From Myxococcota bacterium (lineage in GTDB: Bacteria; Myxococcota_A; SURF-8): a DNA stretch of 64,000 nt. Position 1 is the stretch's first letter, and each line of letters starts with the position of its first letter. Under the pieces are notes generated by a model. That model ran no database searches. It saw nothing but the letters and a program-made list of their open reading frames with translations, and was not told where the DNA came from. Location: assembly GCA_965140415.1 (NCBI GenBank), contig OZ223209.1:320001-384000 (forward strand), read 5' to 3'. The position numbers and the translations under genes are program-made. This document shows positions 28,885 to 38,706 of this stretch, piece by piece.

Positions 28885-30789
28885 ATGACAAAGCTCCAGT
28901 TTACCGAGCAACAGCGGGATATTCTTTACCATTTGGGACAATGCATCATCATTCCCGGTAGGGTCTTTCCACCCTTCTCCCGCGATGTCGTCACACGCAT
29001 CGAGTCTTATTTACAACAGACCCCGCCACATGTGCTGCGTATGTATGCCAACTTCCTGATGCTGCTCGAACGAGGCGCATGGACGCGCTATTTCAAACCG
29101 ATGAGCCGCCTGAATTCCAAACAGCGACACGACTATGTCACTTCCTGGCAGCAGGGATCGGTTGCCAAGCGTACGATAATGAAAGCACTTGTAGCGCCCA
29201 TCAAAGTCAACTACTACGACGATCCCGGCCTGTTCGAACAACTGGGCTTGCAATACGGAAAGCCGCCGGTGAAGGTGGAAACCGATCGCTGGCAGGAACG
29301 GATTACGGCTGGCAAGGATATCCACGAAGATCTGCAACTTGAATGCGAAGTCGTGGTTGTAGGCAGTGGTGCCGGGGGTGCGGTTGTTGCCGCCGAACTG
29401 GCGGAAAAAGGCGACGCCGTGATTCTCGTCGAGCGCGGCGATTACTTCGACCGCTCGCATTTCAGTGGCCGCCCCTTCGCCATGATGCGCGACTTGTACG
29501 TGCAGCAGGGACTATTGGGAACGGTGGGAAACGCCTACATTCTGGCTCCGGCGGGCAGAACCGTAGGCGGCACCACAACCGTCAACTCGGGTACCTGCCT
29601 GCGTCCTCCGCGTCGCACCTTGCGCCGCTGGCGCGAAGAATACGGCTTGACGGAATACGCTCCCGATAAACTGGAAGCATATTTTCGCTCGGTGGAATCG
29701 ATTTACCAGGTCGCGCCCGCCAAAGCCGAGCAGATCGGCAAAAACGGCGAGATCATCGCTCGCGGCGCGCAACGGCTCGGTTATCGCCACGGACCGCTTC
29801 CGCGCAACGCCCCCGACTGCGACGGCCAGGGCGTTTGCCCATTCGGTTGTCCGACCGACGCCAAACGCTCCACCAACGTCAGTTACGTGCCGCGCGCCTT
29901 AAAGCAGGGCGCATCGCTGCTAACGGGCGTGGAAGTCAATGAAATTATAATCAAAAACGGCCAACCCACCGGCATTCGCGGCTTCTGTTGTTCCTCCGGA
30001 AGGCAGGTGACGATTAACGCCAAGATCGTCGTACTGGCGCTGGGTGCCTATTTCACTCCGCTGTTATTGATGAAACAGAAGCTGGGGAATAGTTCGGGGC
30101 AACTCGGGCGCAACCTGTCGATTCATCCCAGCACCGGTGTCGGGGCGCTGATGGCCGAACGCCTCAACGCCAGCAACTGTATCCCCCAGGGATACATGGT
30201 GGATGAATTCGAAGAAGAAGGCATCATGTTCGAAGGCAGCCACATGCCCATGGATCTGGCCAGCCTGATCTACCCCGGCTTCGGTTCTCCGTTGCAACAG
30301 ACTATGGAGGCCTACGAGCGGCTCTCCCTGTTCGGCCTGATGATCGAAGACAGCACCCGTGGCGTGATCCGTCCCCGAAAAGACGGATTGCCCTTGATCC
30401 GCTACATGATGAATCGAAACGACGTCGCGCTGATGCAGCGCGGAATCGGCATCCTGTGCCGCATCTATCTGGAAGCCGGAGCCTTGCAGGTCGTTGCACC
30501 GGTGCACGGCTGGAAAACGATTCGCTCCGCCTCCGATCTGGAAGCCAATTTAAGCCGAAAGCTGCATGCCTGGGATCTGGATATGAGCGCCTATCATCCC
30601 CTGGGTAGCTGCCACATGGGAGGGGATCGCACCAACTATGTTTGCAGTCCCGATGGCGAACTGTACGACATGCCCAATGTTTTCGTTTGCGATGGCTCGG
30701 CCATCCCACCCGCCTTGGGAGTCAACCCGATGATCACCATTTCGGCAGTCGCCGCCCGAAACGCCGAGGTCATTCATTCTCGGTTGTAG
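28885..30789 (+). CDS. GMC family FAD oxidoreductase (long-chain alcohol oxidase-like)
   Basis: VVGSGAGG, GGTTTVN, CDGQGVCPFGC, YHPLGSC, GVNP. Confidence 0.9.
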   Translation: MTKLQFTEQQRDILYHLGQCIIIPGRVFPPFSRDVVTRIESYLQQTPPHVLRMYANFLMLLERGAWTRYFKPMSRLNSKQRHDYVTSWQQGSVAKRTIMKALVAPIKVNYYDDPGLFEQLGLQYGKPPVKVETDRWQERITAGKDIHEDLQLECEVVVVGSGAGGAVVAAELAEKGDAVILVERGDYFDRSHFSGRPFAMMRDLYVQQGLLGTVGNAYILAPAGRTVGGTTTVNSGTCLRPPRRTLRRWREEYGLTEYAPDKLEAYFRSVESIYQVAPAKAEQIGKNGEIIARGAQRLGYRHGPLPRNAPDCDGQGVCPFGCPTDAKRSTNVSYVPRALKQGASLLTGVEVNEIIIKNGQPTGIRGFCCSSGRQVTINAKIVVLALGAYFTPLLLMKQKLGNSSGQLGRNLSIHPSTGVGALMAERLNASNCIPQGYMVDEFEEEGIMFEGSHMPMDLASLIYPGFGSPLQQTMEAYERLSLFGLMIEDSTRGVIRPRKDGLPLIRYMMNRNDVALMQRGIGILCRIYLEAGALQVVAPVHGWKTIRSASDLEANLSRKLHAWDLDMSAYHPLGSCHMGGDRTNYVCSPDGELYDMPNVFVCDGSAIPPALGVNPMITISAVAARNAEVIHSRL

Positions 30790-30824
30790 GGGGTGGAGAG
30801 AGCAAAAGGAAAATGTTCCCCGTT

Positions 30825-30951
30825 GGAGCATGGCTCCCGTCATGCTCCTGACGTTTGTTTTCATGGTCGGGACAGGAGCCCCGACCGGAAACCTGTGGTT
30901 CAAGACAGGAGCCTTGAACCATCCACAAAGCATGGCAAATGCCCATCCTAC
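30825..30951. repeat. Cluster of intergenic hairpins sharing the loop ACAGGAGC
   Basis: Three stems of unrelated sequence with the same 8-nt loop (one inverted), plus a minus-strand GTAGGATGGGCA element. Confidence 0.75.
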
Positions 30952-30988
30952 AAGATATAAGCAGCGAGACATCAACCCGCCGTACTGC

Positions 30989-33900
30989 TTACTGGCAGTA
31001 ACTCTTTTCCGGATAGGCCGCGCAGCAATGCGCCTGCACGTCGAAAGCGGTCACGTCTTCCCATAAGCCCAGGTTGTAGAAGTAGTCGCACAGATGCTCG
31101 GAACGGCAATAGGGCACAAAGCTTTCATCCGTCTCGGCACGGGTGTGCATCGGGGGTGGTGTGAAACCCGGTTCTCCATCCAGTTCGATGAAAATCGGAT
31201 TGCTTACGGCGAACGATGGCGTCCAGGGATAGGTCGGATACAGATCCTCCATGGCGTCGCCAAAAGCGAAGACCACCGCGTAGGCGTCGTGGCCGTTGGT
31301 GCGGCTGACGTTGGTAGCAAAGCTGCGATTCATGCGCACCGGAGCGGAAACGCTGCCGGGAACCATGTGGTTACTGTCCATCGGGTAGCCGTTGATGCAG
31401 ACATAGATGTGATTGACTTTGACGTAAGGCGGCGCCTGTACCTTGACGTTGAACTCCAGGCGCACCGAATTTTCCGTACCCGGCGGCGTGTAGGTGTCGC
31501 CCGGCAAGGCATTGCCTAAACGCATGGTGACGGTGGGACCGGTGGTCACGATGTTATGTCCCTGCCCCAGACGCAGAATCTGATCGAGGGCTGAATTGGG
31601 CGAAAGCGTTTCCTGATCCGAAATCACCAAGTTGATCGGTGAGCCGATGTGCCGGAAGTCTTCTTTGGAAGCGGCTTGCAGCTCGCTATTGGCAGTGATC
31701 GGTTTGTAGTAGCCCTGATGCAATAAAGAGAGCCAATCCTGAATGGCCGCATACGTATAAGCAAAGGGCTCCTCGCCGTTGATCACCTCCATGGTGTCCC
31801 AGTTTTCCATTTGGCTGCGCACCAGAAACTGCAAGGAATCGATGCCCTCGAAAGGATCGTAACCTTCCGATTTTCCAAACACATCGAAAAAGGCTGGAGC
31901 GTCTTCCACGCCGCGCGGACGGCTGATCTGTACGAAGCTTGCGCCGTAGTTTTCTTTCAACTGCTGCCAGATTTCTCCCGGCGGCTGCAAGCCGGCATAC
32001 GTGCCGTTTTCCTGATCGTAGGCCGTAGACCAGACCCCGGTATATTCCGGGCTATCCTGCGGTTTCAGTACATTTACGCCAAGATATTGGCCGTTATTGG
32101 AAGTGATCTGCATGCCCGGTACCCAATGCACTGGATGCGCACCGCCGCTGGCCCCGGTTTCGGAAAGCGCCTCGGTATAGTCGCCGATGGTCTCCGCGTC
32201 GGAGCCGACAAACACTTCCACGCCCTCTGCGCGCAGGTTGTTCACGCGCTCGGTTTTCGTCATATCCGAATAAAGCGAAGCGTTACTGTGAATGTTCAGA
32301 TCCGCCGTATGCAGGTACATGCCCGCTTCGCCGGGCGGCATTTCGATCGTGGGATCGACGATGCGGCGTAACACGACGTTTCGTGGTCCCTGCTTTTCGC
32401 CATCGCCCAGATACGCGCGATAGGTGTGCTGCTCCGCGCAGACCGAATAATGGATGCCGCAGGAAACCACTACCGAATACTGGCTGTTGACGGCCCCTCC
32501 CAACGGCAGACGCACCTGAATTTCTCCCGGCGTTTCGGTGGTAAAGACCGTTCGTTCAATCGGAATGTTGCCCGGCATGGAGCCGGTCGGACCGAAGTCC
32601 AGTAAACCATGATAAAAGTCCACCCGCGCTCCCAGCGGGAAAGTGCCTTCGTCGCGCTCTTCATTCACCGAAATGGTTACGACCGCGCCACGCGGCGGAG
32701 CGGGAACTTCCAGCCCCTGCAAGGATTCTTCCTCTACCACCGTGACGTCCAGTGCATCGGAACGTTCGCCCCAAGGAGCGACAGTAACCAGGTGCCAGTC
32801 TCCGGCGGGCAACTGCAATTCGAATGCGCCCTGCGCGTCGAGGTAGCTGCTGGCGTGGATGTAGTCGTGATATTTCGGGTTTTCCGCGCTGCCGCCGATT
32901 TTTCGCGTTTCGATGGCGATGATTTCCACTTCCTGCGCCTGTAAATCCACACGGTCGCTGAAATCCACCGTCCCAGAAACCGAGCTTGTTGCAACAACTT
33001 TGTTCGGAAGGCTTTCTTCCCGGAAAGCCTGCATATCGGCAAAGACCTGTTCCGCCGGACCTTCGCTGATCATGAATACCAGCGATTGCGTGTTGGGGGC
33101 GATCTCGGTAACGGCAAAGTCTTGATATCCAAGGATAAATGCCGGTTTGGGCAGCAGCATCATGGAGAACAGGTTTTTGGCTTCACCGGAAGTGACCGCA
33201 TAGGAAAAGTCCGATTTGCTGAAGGCGTAATAGGGATGATAGTAGCCCTGGAAACTGCGTCCGCCATCGAAAATGGCGATGCCGTCCGTATCCTGGCCCG
33301 GATAAAAGGGAGTCAGGCTCGAATCGGTCATGACGCCCAACCCGGGACGCACGTATTCCAGTGTCAGATCCACCGGGTCGATATCGATTTCTGCGGTTTC
33401 CGTACCCGCCTCTTCCATATCCAGATCGCCATCGGCGTCCTGCGGCTGCTGATAGATGGAAACCGTCATGTCCATGCGTAGGTAGGTGGCATCGGCATCC
33501 AGGTAATAATCCACGGTTAATGCCACCTTGGGATTGATGGGCGCGGCGAGCATGTTGTCTACCTGCTGAATCGGCCAGTCGATGCCGCTGGCGCGCACGT
33601 GTGCCGGGAAACCGCCCGAACCATTGTGAATCAGTTCGATTTTATCGGCGCGGAACATATGGATATTGCCGTCGTAGGGGAGCACGTCGGTATTGGAGCT
33701 GATCACCGGGAAAGCGTCGAACAGCAGGTCTTCGGTGCGCGTATCGCCGTTACTGTCGAGCAGCACCGCGTCCAACAACGAACCGCCGGTCAAATTGAAA
33801 CCGCGACCAGGCCCGGCTGCGGCGATGACGAAGGCTGCCTTGCTGTTATACAGTTTGAAATCGCCCACCTGCCCCTGGCCATCGGAGGCCGGAAGCTGGC

Positions 33901-34204
33901 TGCGTTCGCCCACCACACCCGCACGGACTTCGCCGTCCTCCAGTGCGTCGCCGACATTCAAAGGCGTGGTGTCGTTGGGATCGCCAAGATCCGTATCGGT
34001 GTCGAGATCGCCGTCGTTCTCCGAATCCGCGTCTTCGACATCCGCGTTTTCATCGTCGCCGTCGGTGATGACGTCGTCGCCATCGGTGGGCGGCTGATAA
34101 TAGGTCGTATCGTCGTTACAGGCGAAAACGAAGAGCAACACGACAAGAAGAACGATCGCTGCAAAAGGATAGTACAACGTTCCTTTTAATTGAGAATGGA
34201 TCAC
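30989..34204 (-). CDS. Large lipoprotein with CehA/McbA-like (PHP-fold) domain
   Basis: Lipobox VFAC, DGD linker, GDFKLYN, DLNIHS, EGVE, WLSLL..G, SNPIF; GTG start after AAGGAGG. Confidence 0.75.
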   Translation of the reverse strand: MIHSQLKGTLYYPFAAIVLLVVLLFVFACNDDTTYYQPPTDGDDVITDGDDENADVEDADSENDGDLDTDTDLGDPNDTTPLNVGDALEDGEVRAGVVGERSQLPASDGQGQVGDFKLYNSKAAFVIAAAGPGRGFNLTGGSLLDAVLLDSNGDTRTEDLLFDAFPVISSNTDVLPYDGNIHMFRADKIELIHNGSGGFPAHVRASGIDWPIQQVDNMLAAPINPKVALTVDYYLDADATYLRMDMTVSIYQQPQDADGDLDMEEAGTETAEIDIDPVDLTLEYVRPGLGVMTDSSLTPFYPGQDTDGIAIFDGGRSFQGYYHPYYAFSKSDFSYAVTSGEAKNLFSMMLLPKPAFILGYQDFAVTEIAPNTQSLVFMISEGPAEQVFADMQAFREESLPNKVVATSSVSGTVDFSDRVDLQAQEVEIIAIETRKIGGSAENPKYHDYIHASSYLDAQGAFELQLPAGDWHLVTVAPWGERSDALDVTVVEEESLQGLEVPAPPRGAVVTISVNEERDEGTFPLGARVDFYHGLLDFGPTGSMPGNIPIERTVFTTETPGEIQVRLPLGGAVNSQYSVVVSCGIHYSVCAEQHTYRAYLGDGEKQGPRNVVLRRIVDPTIEMPPGEAGMYLHTADLNIHSNASLYSDMTKTERVNNLRAEGVEVFVGSDAETIGDYTEALSETGASGGAHPVHWVPGMQITSNNGQYLGVNVLKPQDSPEYTGVWSTAYDQENGTYAGLQPPGEIWQQLKENYGASFVQISRPRGVEDAPAFFDVFGKSEGYDPFEGIDSLQFLVRSQMENWDTMEVINGEEPFAYTYAAIQDWLSLLHQGYYKPITANSELQAASKEDFRHIGSPINLVISDQETLSPNSALDQILRLGQGHNIVTTGPTVTMRLGNALPGDTYTPPGTENSVRLEFNVKVQAPPYVKVNHIYVCINGYPMDSNHMVPGSVSAPVRMNRSFATNVSRTNGHDAYAVVFAFGDAMEDLYPTYPWTPSFAVSNPIFIELDGEPGFTPPPMHTRAETDESFVPYCRSEHLCDYFYNLGLWEDVTAFDVQAHCCAAYPEKSYCQ

Positions 34205-34371
34205 GACTCCTCCTTACAACCAGATTTCATCCCACGCTATAGCGCAGATTGGATAAACGATAGAACTGCGGACTTTCAGTTGAAGAAACGGAAGGCGGCT
34301 TCACTCTCCGGTCGGGTGGCGAGGTTCGATGCGCAGGCCGGAAGGGGCGAAACCCCCGTATTCAAACTAGT

Positions 34372-35547
34372 TTATCCGCAAACGGAAGTTTGTGCAAATA
34401 GATAGTTGCCCATGCGTAACAGTCCCCGGATATCGTGGATATCTTCGTTGAAGATCGGAACGCAGGCGATTTTCTCTCCGCCTCCAAGGGCCTTATCCAG
34501 GCGTTCCACGTTCTCTCGGGCAATGGAATTCAATTGTTCGGCAACCTGCTTCAATCCTGCCAGTTTATCCACCAGACCGGGTAGACTCTGTTGCATACCC
34601 GGTTCGCTTTCAACCACCTGCTTGATGCTTTCCCCATCGAAAAGCGTTGCAAGTTCCTCTGGCTTGGGAACCAGTTTTTCCGATAATTCGAAGGCGCGGT
34701 TAACGATTACCGCCTCCAGCGGAATGTCGGCTTCGACCAGTTTATTGTGGAAATACAAGGCTTCGGATAAGGCATTCTGCTCGGCGCTGGTGACCAGTAC
34801 GAAAACGGTAGAGGAATTGCGCAGTAATTCGTTAACTTTGCGTGCGCGTTCGGCAAAACCTTCCGTCAAGCCGGTCATCGCCTGGAAGAAGTTCGTCAGA
34901 TCCTGGATGAACTTGTCTCCCACCAATAATCCCAATAACTTGAAGACGACCTCGCCTCCCTTGTGAAACAGCAGCGAACGCATGCTTTTCTTGGCCGGTT
35001 GCGTAAACCATTTGACGACGTTCTCGTCTAAAAAGGAGGCCAGACGACTGGGAGCGTTCAAGAAGTCGAGTGCATTCTTCGTCGGCGGTGTATCGAGCAC
35101 CACCAGGTCGTAGTCACGCTGCTGCATCAGTTCGTACAGACGCTCCATGGCGACATATTCCTGCGAACCGGCGATGGCGTTGGTAAACTGGCGGTAAATC
35201 ATGGTATCGGTGATCTGCTTCTCTTGCTTTTCATCGCGTGCAATGCGCCGGATCAGGCTATCCAAGCTGGCCTTGGTGTCCAGCATGGCTGCCCACAACG
35301 ACCCTTTGACCTCTACCCCGGCATCCACGAAACGATCCATGGGTACCTGGCGTTCCTCGTTGGTAAGTCCTTCCAAACCAAGCGATTGCGCCAGACGGCG
35401 GGCCGGATCGATGGTGATAACCATGGTTTTTTTGCCGCTTTGAGCAGCGTGCAAGGCGATAGCGGCGGAAGTGGTTGTTTTGCCGACTCCACCGGAGCCG
35501 CAACAAACAACCAGTTTACGATCCTGCAACACTCGGTTCAATTTCAT
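34372..35547 (-). CDS. ArsA/Get3-family ATPase
   Basis: GSGGVGKTT, TIDPARRLA, LDTPP. Confidence 0.92.
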   Translation of the reverse strand: MKLNRVLQDRKLVVCCGSGGVGKTTTSAAIALHAAQSGKKTMVITIDPARRLAQSLGLEGLTNEERQVPMDRFVDAGVEVKGSLWAAMLDTKASLDSLIRRIARDEKQEKQITDTMIYRQFTNAIAGSQEYVAMERLYELMQQRDYDLVVLDTPPTKNALDFLNAPSRLASFLDENVVKWFTQPAKKSMRSLLFHKGGEVVFKLLGLLVGDKFIQDLTNFFQAMTGLTEGFAERARKVNELLRNSSTVFVLVTSAEQNALSEALYFHNKLVEADIPLEAVIVNRAFELSEKLVPKPEELATLFDGESIKQVVESEPGMQQSLPGLVDKLAGLKQVAEQLNSIARENVERLDKALGGGEKIACVPIFNEDIHDIRGLLRMGNYLFAQTSVCG

Positions 35548-36512
35548 GAGGTCGCCTCCGCCGGAGTTTGCAACAACTGCTGAGCCAGCCGTTGCAGAGC
35601 GGAAACATCCAATTGTCCGATCAGCAGACGCGGCAGGGTGACAAGCGTCAAGCCGACGCGCTCGGATAAGGTTCGCAGGTGGCCGTCGCAGCGCCGTTGA
35701 CGATCCAGGGCGGCGGCTCCCGCTTCCAGGGCGGATTGCAGATCCTGGGTGTGAAAGTCGAGCTGGCTTAACTTGTCAAGCAGGTTCTGCTCGTCGCGGT
35801 TGAATGTACGTTCGCGCACGCCGTTGACGAACAGCAGGCCCATGTTCATTGGAACTCGTTTCTTAAGATTTTCATACAGTTCGATGGTTTCCGTTACCGG
35901 CATCTCTTCAGGTAAAGTCACTAAGTTTAGCAAGGTGGTGCGTGCATCACTAAAGAGTGTTTCATAGCGCTTCAAAATGCGCGACAGAGCACCGACACCG
36001 ACCAGTTGCTGCAACATCTGTGGCGTTTGCAAAAATGACAAGGCGTGACCGGTTGCCGGAAGATCGACCAGGATCACGTCGTATTGCGGCATCCGTGTGC
36101 CCGGTTCCCGCTCTTTTAGCAGGTTGTACAGTTTGTTGATGGAAACCAGTTCGTTGACCGCCGGAGCGGTTTTGAAGAAATACTGCAAGACGGAATTTTT
36201 ACGGATCAGATCGGCAACCATCTGCAACCTGACGTGTTGCTGGATGTATTCGGCCAGCGCCTCATCCGGGTTGATGCTGATCGCCCAGACATCGTCGAGC
36301 ATTTCCATTGGTTCGAAGCCGACGAACGGCACGTTGAAAATACGTTTCATGCTGCTTTCGGTATCGATTTCCACGATCAGGGCGCGCTTGCCCATATGCG
36401 TTGCCGCCAAGGCCAAACTGGCCACGACGGTGGATTTTCCCACGCCGCCTTTGCCGGTGAAAAACAGCAAGCGACGCGTGAAGAGATCCGAAATCTGCAA
36501 TTGTCCGTTCAT
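35544..36512 (-). CDS. ArsA/Get3-family ATPase (partner subunit)
   Basis: GKGGVGKST, DLPATGH, LPEEMPVTET; ATGA overlap with the next gene. Confidence 0.92.
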   Translation of the reverse strand: MNGQLQISDLFTRRLLFFTGKGGVGKSTVVASLALAATHMGKRALIVEIDTESSMKRIFNVPFVGFEPMEMLDDVWAISINPDEALAEYIQQHVRLQMVADLIRKNSVLQYFFKTAPAVNELVSINKLYNLLKEREPGTRMPQYDVILVDLPATGHALSFLQTPQMLQQLVGVGALSRILKRYETLFSDARTTLLNLVTLPEEMPVTETIELYENLKKRVPMNMGLLFVNGVRERTFNRDEQNLLDKLSQLDFHTQDLQSALEAGAAALDRQRRCDGHLRTLSERVGLTLVTLPRLLIGQLDVSALQRLAQQLLQTPAEATS

Positions 36513-36599
36513 ATTCTGGTTCCTCTTTCATTCGAGCCGTGGATTATACTGTATTGATCGATCTTCTTAAAGTAAAAAGTCTGCAAATGAAGTAATTCC

Positions 36600-36628
36600 T
36601 TGTTTTTCATACGGAATCCAATTATAAT
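36600..36628 (+). promoter_or_regulatory. Sigma70 promoter
   Basis: TTGTTT-N17-TATAAT upstream of the amphi-Trp gene. Confidence 0.55.
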
Positions 36629-36673
36629 CAAAAATTAACAATGGGTTTGTTGAAAAAGCTCGGAGATCTCCCC

Positions 36674-36943
36674 ATGCCCAAAAAGAAAGATTTCGTGTTC
36701 TCGCTGTCCGCTTCGAACGACATCATCGCCGATCATCTGGAGGCTCTGGCACGAGGATTTCGCTCGGGTGAGATTATTCTGGCAATGAACGAAAAAGAAC
36801 TGGCTCTACAACCGATACAAGATATTGACCTGGATTTGCATGCTAAAATCGACGGTATTCACCAATCCGTTTCGTTTTCGATGCACTGGTATTCCAAAAC
36901 AGGGGAAAAACCGGACCTGAGCATCCGTTCCGGGAAGGATTAG
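36674..36943 (+). CDS. Amphi-Trp domain protein
   Basis: IADHLEALARGFRSGEI, alternating hydrophobic strands ending SFSMHW. Confidence 0.8.
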   Translation: MPKKKDFVFSLSASNDIIADHLEALARGFRSGEIILAMNEKELALQPIQDIDLDLHAKIDGIHQSVSFSMHWYSKTGEKPDLSIRSGKD

Positions 36944-36951
36944 CAGTTGGT

Positions 36952-38601
36952 GTGACAACGGCAGTGAACGTGAAAAAGCAGGCGAGGGAACTGGTTACTC
37001 AGATGGTGGGTGCGGTTCGTTCTCAATTGCGAACGGCGGTCGCCGCTTTTGTGGATCGCGACTCCCAACTGGCCAACACCGTCATTGAGCGTGACGACTA
37101 CATCGACAATCTCTACGTTTACACCGAAGGAAAAATCTTCAAACTGATGACCGGCTGTTCCGATGAAGCCCGGCTGGCCGTGTTGCGGACATCGTTGAAG
37201 ATGGCCAAAGGTATGGAAAAGATTGCCGATTATGCCGAAAACCTGGCCAAGCAGGCGCTCTATCTTCCTTCCGGTCAATCCGACGAAATGGAACTGGACA
37301 TTCAGCACTGCTACGAGCAGGTTCGAGAAGGACTCGATCAGGTTTTGAAGGGCTTTTTGAAGCTGGATGCCAAAACCATCGTGCGCGCTGCGAAAAAAGA
37401 AGCTGCGTTGGATGCGCTTTATGCCGATCTGCTGCGGCGTATCATCCAGCGTTTGCGTGAACCGGGCGCGGATGTAGATATGCTGATTACGGAAATGTTT
37501 GCCGCCAAGCACATGGAGAAGATCGGCGATATTATTCTGGATATGTCCGAAGAAATTCTTTCGTTGATCTATGGCGAACGGTTGAAGGTGCACCAGGTGC
37601 TGCACATGGATGACCTGGCGAATGCACGCGGAAAAGCCAGCTTCAACACCGAGGGCATCTGGGGAACGCGCAGCGGTGCTTCGGTGTTTAAACTGGGAGT
37701 CAATGGCAAAGAAGAATATATCTACAAAGAAGGCACCCCAGCAAAAATCAATCGTGAAATCGAGCGTTTGAAAAAGTGGAACGAAATCGAGCCCGGCCTT
37801 GTACCGGAGGTGCAGTCCACTAATTCCGATCAAGTCAACGGACGCGAAGTGCTGGTTACCAATTATTTCCATGGGGTGACTCTGAAAGATCTGTACGAAA
37901 ATTTCGAGTGGTCCGCCAAAAAGCGCGTGACATTGCAGTTGCTACAGTTATTGGAGCGGATCTGGGAAAAGACGATTCAGCCCGATCCGATTCCGTTCGA
38001 CGCCATCAGTCAAATTCAAAGCCGCTTGGACGCCGTGTTTTCCATGCATCCGGATTTCGTTCGGATTCAGCATTCCGCCATTACCTTCTGCGGCATCCGA
38101 CATCCTTCGCTGAGCACCATGCTGAATCGCTTGGAGAGCCTGTCCGAATCGCTGTACACGCCGTTTTCGGTTTTCATCCACGGCGATTTCAATTCCGACA
38201 ATGTGCTGCTTACGACCGGAGACGACAAGCTGCGTTTCGTCGATGTCAATCGTTCGCGCATGGGCGATTACCTGCAAGACATCAGTGTGTTTTTGATATC
38301 CATTCTGCGTGTGCCCATCCTTTCGGATCAGCAGGTATTGGATATTCGAGGCATTTCCGAACTGGTCATCGACTTTGCCCGTGAATTCTCGCAAAAACAT
38401 GGCGATCAGCTTTTCGAGCCGCGCCTGCAATTGCTGATGGCGCGTTCGCTGATTACCTCCACGCGCTTCGTCAATAACCCGTCTCAATCGAAAAAGATGT
38501 TTTTACAGGGCATGCTGAAACTTGAAAATGCCTTGATGATGCTGCTGCCGAAAAAAGAGCGCGGTATCTTTTCTCCCTCGGCACCATTCACCGAATCCTG
38601 A
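36952..38601 (+). CDS. PhoU-domain / aminoglycoside phosphotransferase-like kinase fusion
   Basis: Two PhoU repeats (DDYID, EKIADYAEN, EKIGD), GTRSG, HGDFNSDN, FVD, DYLQD. Confidence 0.85.
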   Translation: MTTAVNVKKQARELVTQMVGAVRSQLRTAVAAFVDRDSQLANTVIERDDYIDNLYVYTEGKIFKLMTGCSDEARLAVLRTSLKMAKGMEKIADYAENLAKQALYLPSGQSDEMELDIQHCYEQVREGLDQVLKGFLKLDAKTIVRAAKKEAALDALYADLLRRIIQRLREPGADVDMLITEMFAAKHMEKIGDIILDMSEEILSLIYGERLKVHQVLHMDDLANARGKASFNTEGIWGTRSGASVFKLGVNGKEEYIYKEGTPAKINREIERLKKWNEIEPGLVPEVQSTNSDQVNGREVLVTNYFHGVTLKDLYENFEWSAKKRVTLQLLQLLERIWEKTIQPDPIPFDAISQIQSRLDAVFSMHPDFVRIQHSAITFCGIRHPSLSTMLNRLESLSESLYTPFSVFIHGDFNSDNVLLTTGDDKLRFVDVNRSRMGDYLQDISVFLISILRVPILSDQQVLDIRGISELVIDFAREFSQKHGDQLFEPRLQLLMARSLITSTRFVNNPSQSKKMFLQGMLKLENALMMLLPKKERGIFSPSAPFTES

Positions 38602-38706
38602 TTCGTAAAAATCATTTAAGCACTGCCTTAATCCAAGGCTTGTCTTTATTTGCAGGTTGTGCTGTAGTATAAATAGATACAGTGAATGCGAATAAGGGAG
38701 GTTCAC

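Noticed and set aside
34205-34371. GC-rich structured-looking intergenic stretch containing GGTTCGA
   Set aside because: No tRNA cloverleaf, SRP or riboswitch consensus could be built
34372-36512. Arsenic resistance operon
   Set aside because: No arsB/acr3, arsC, arsD or arsR, and each protein has a single ATPase domain
36940-37872. 310-aa antisense ORF (also 52244-53392 and 23605-24450)
   Set aside because: Shadow frames opposite well-supported genes, without recognisable motifs
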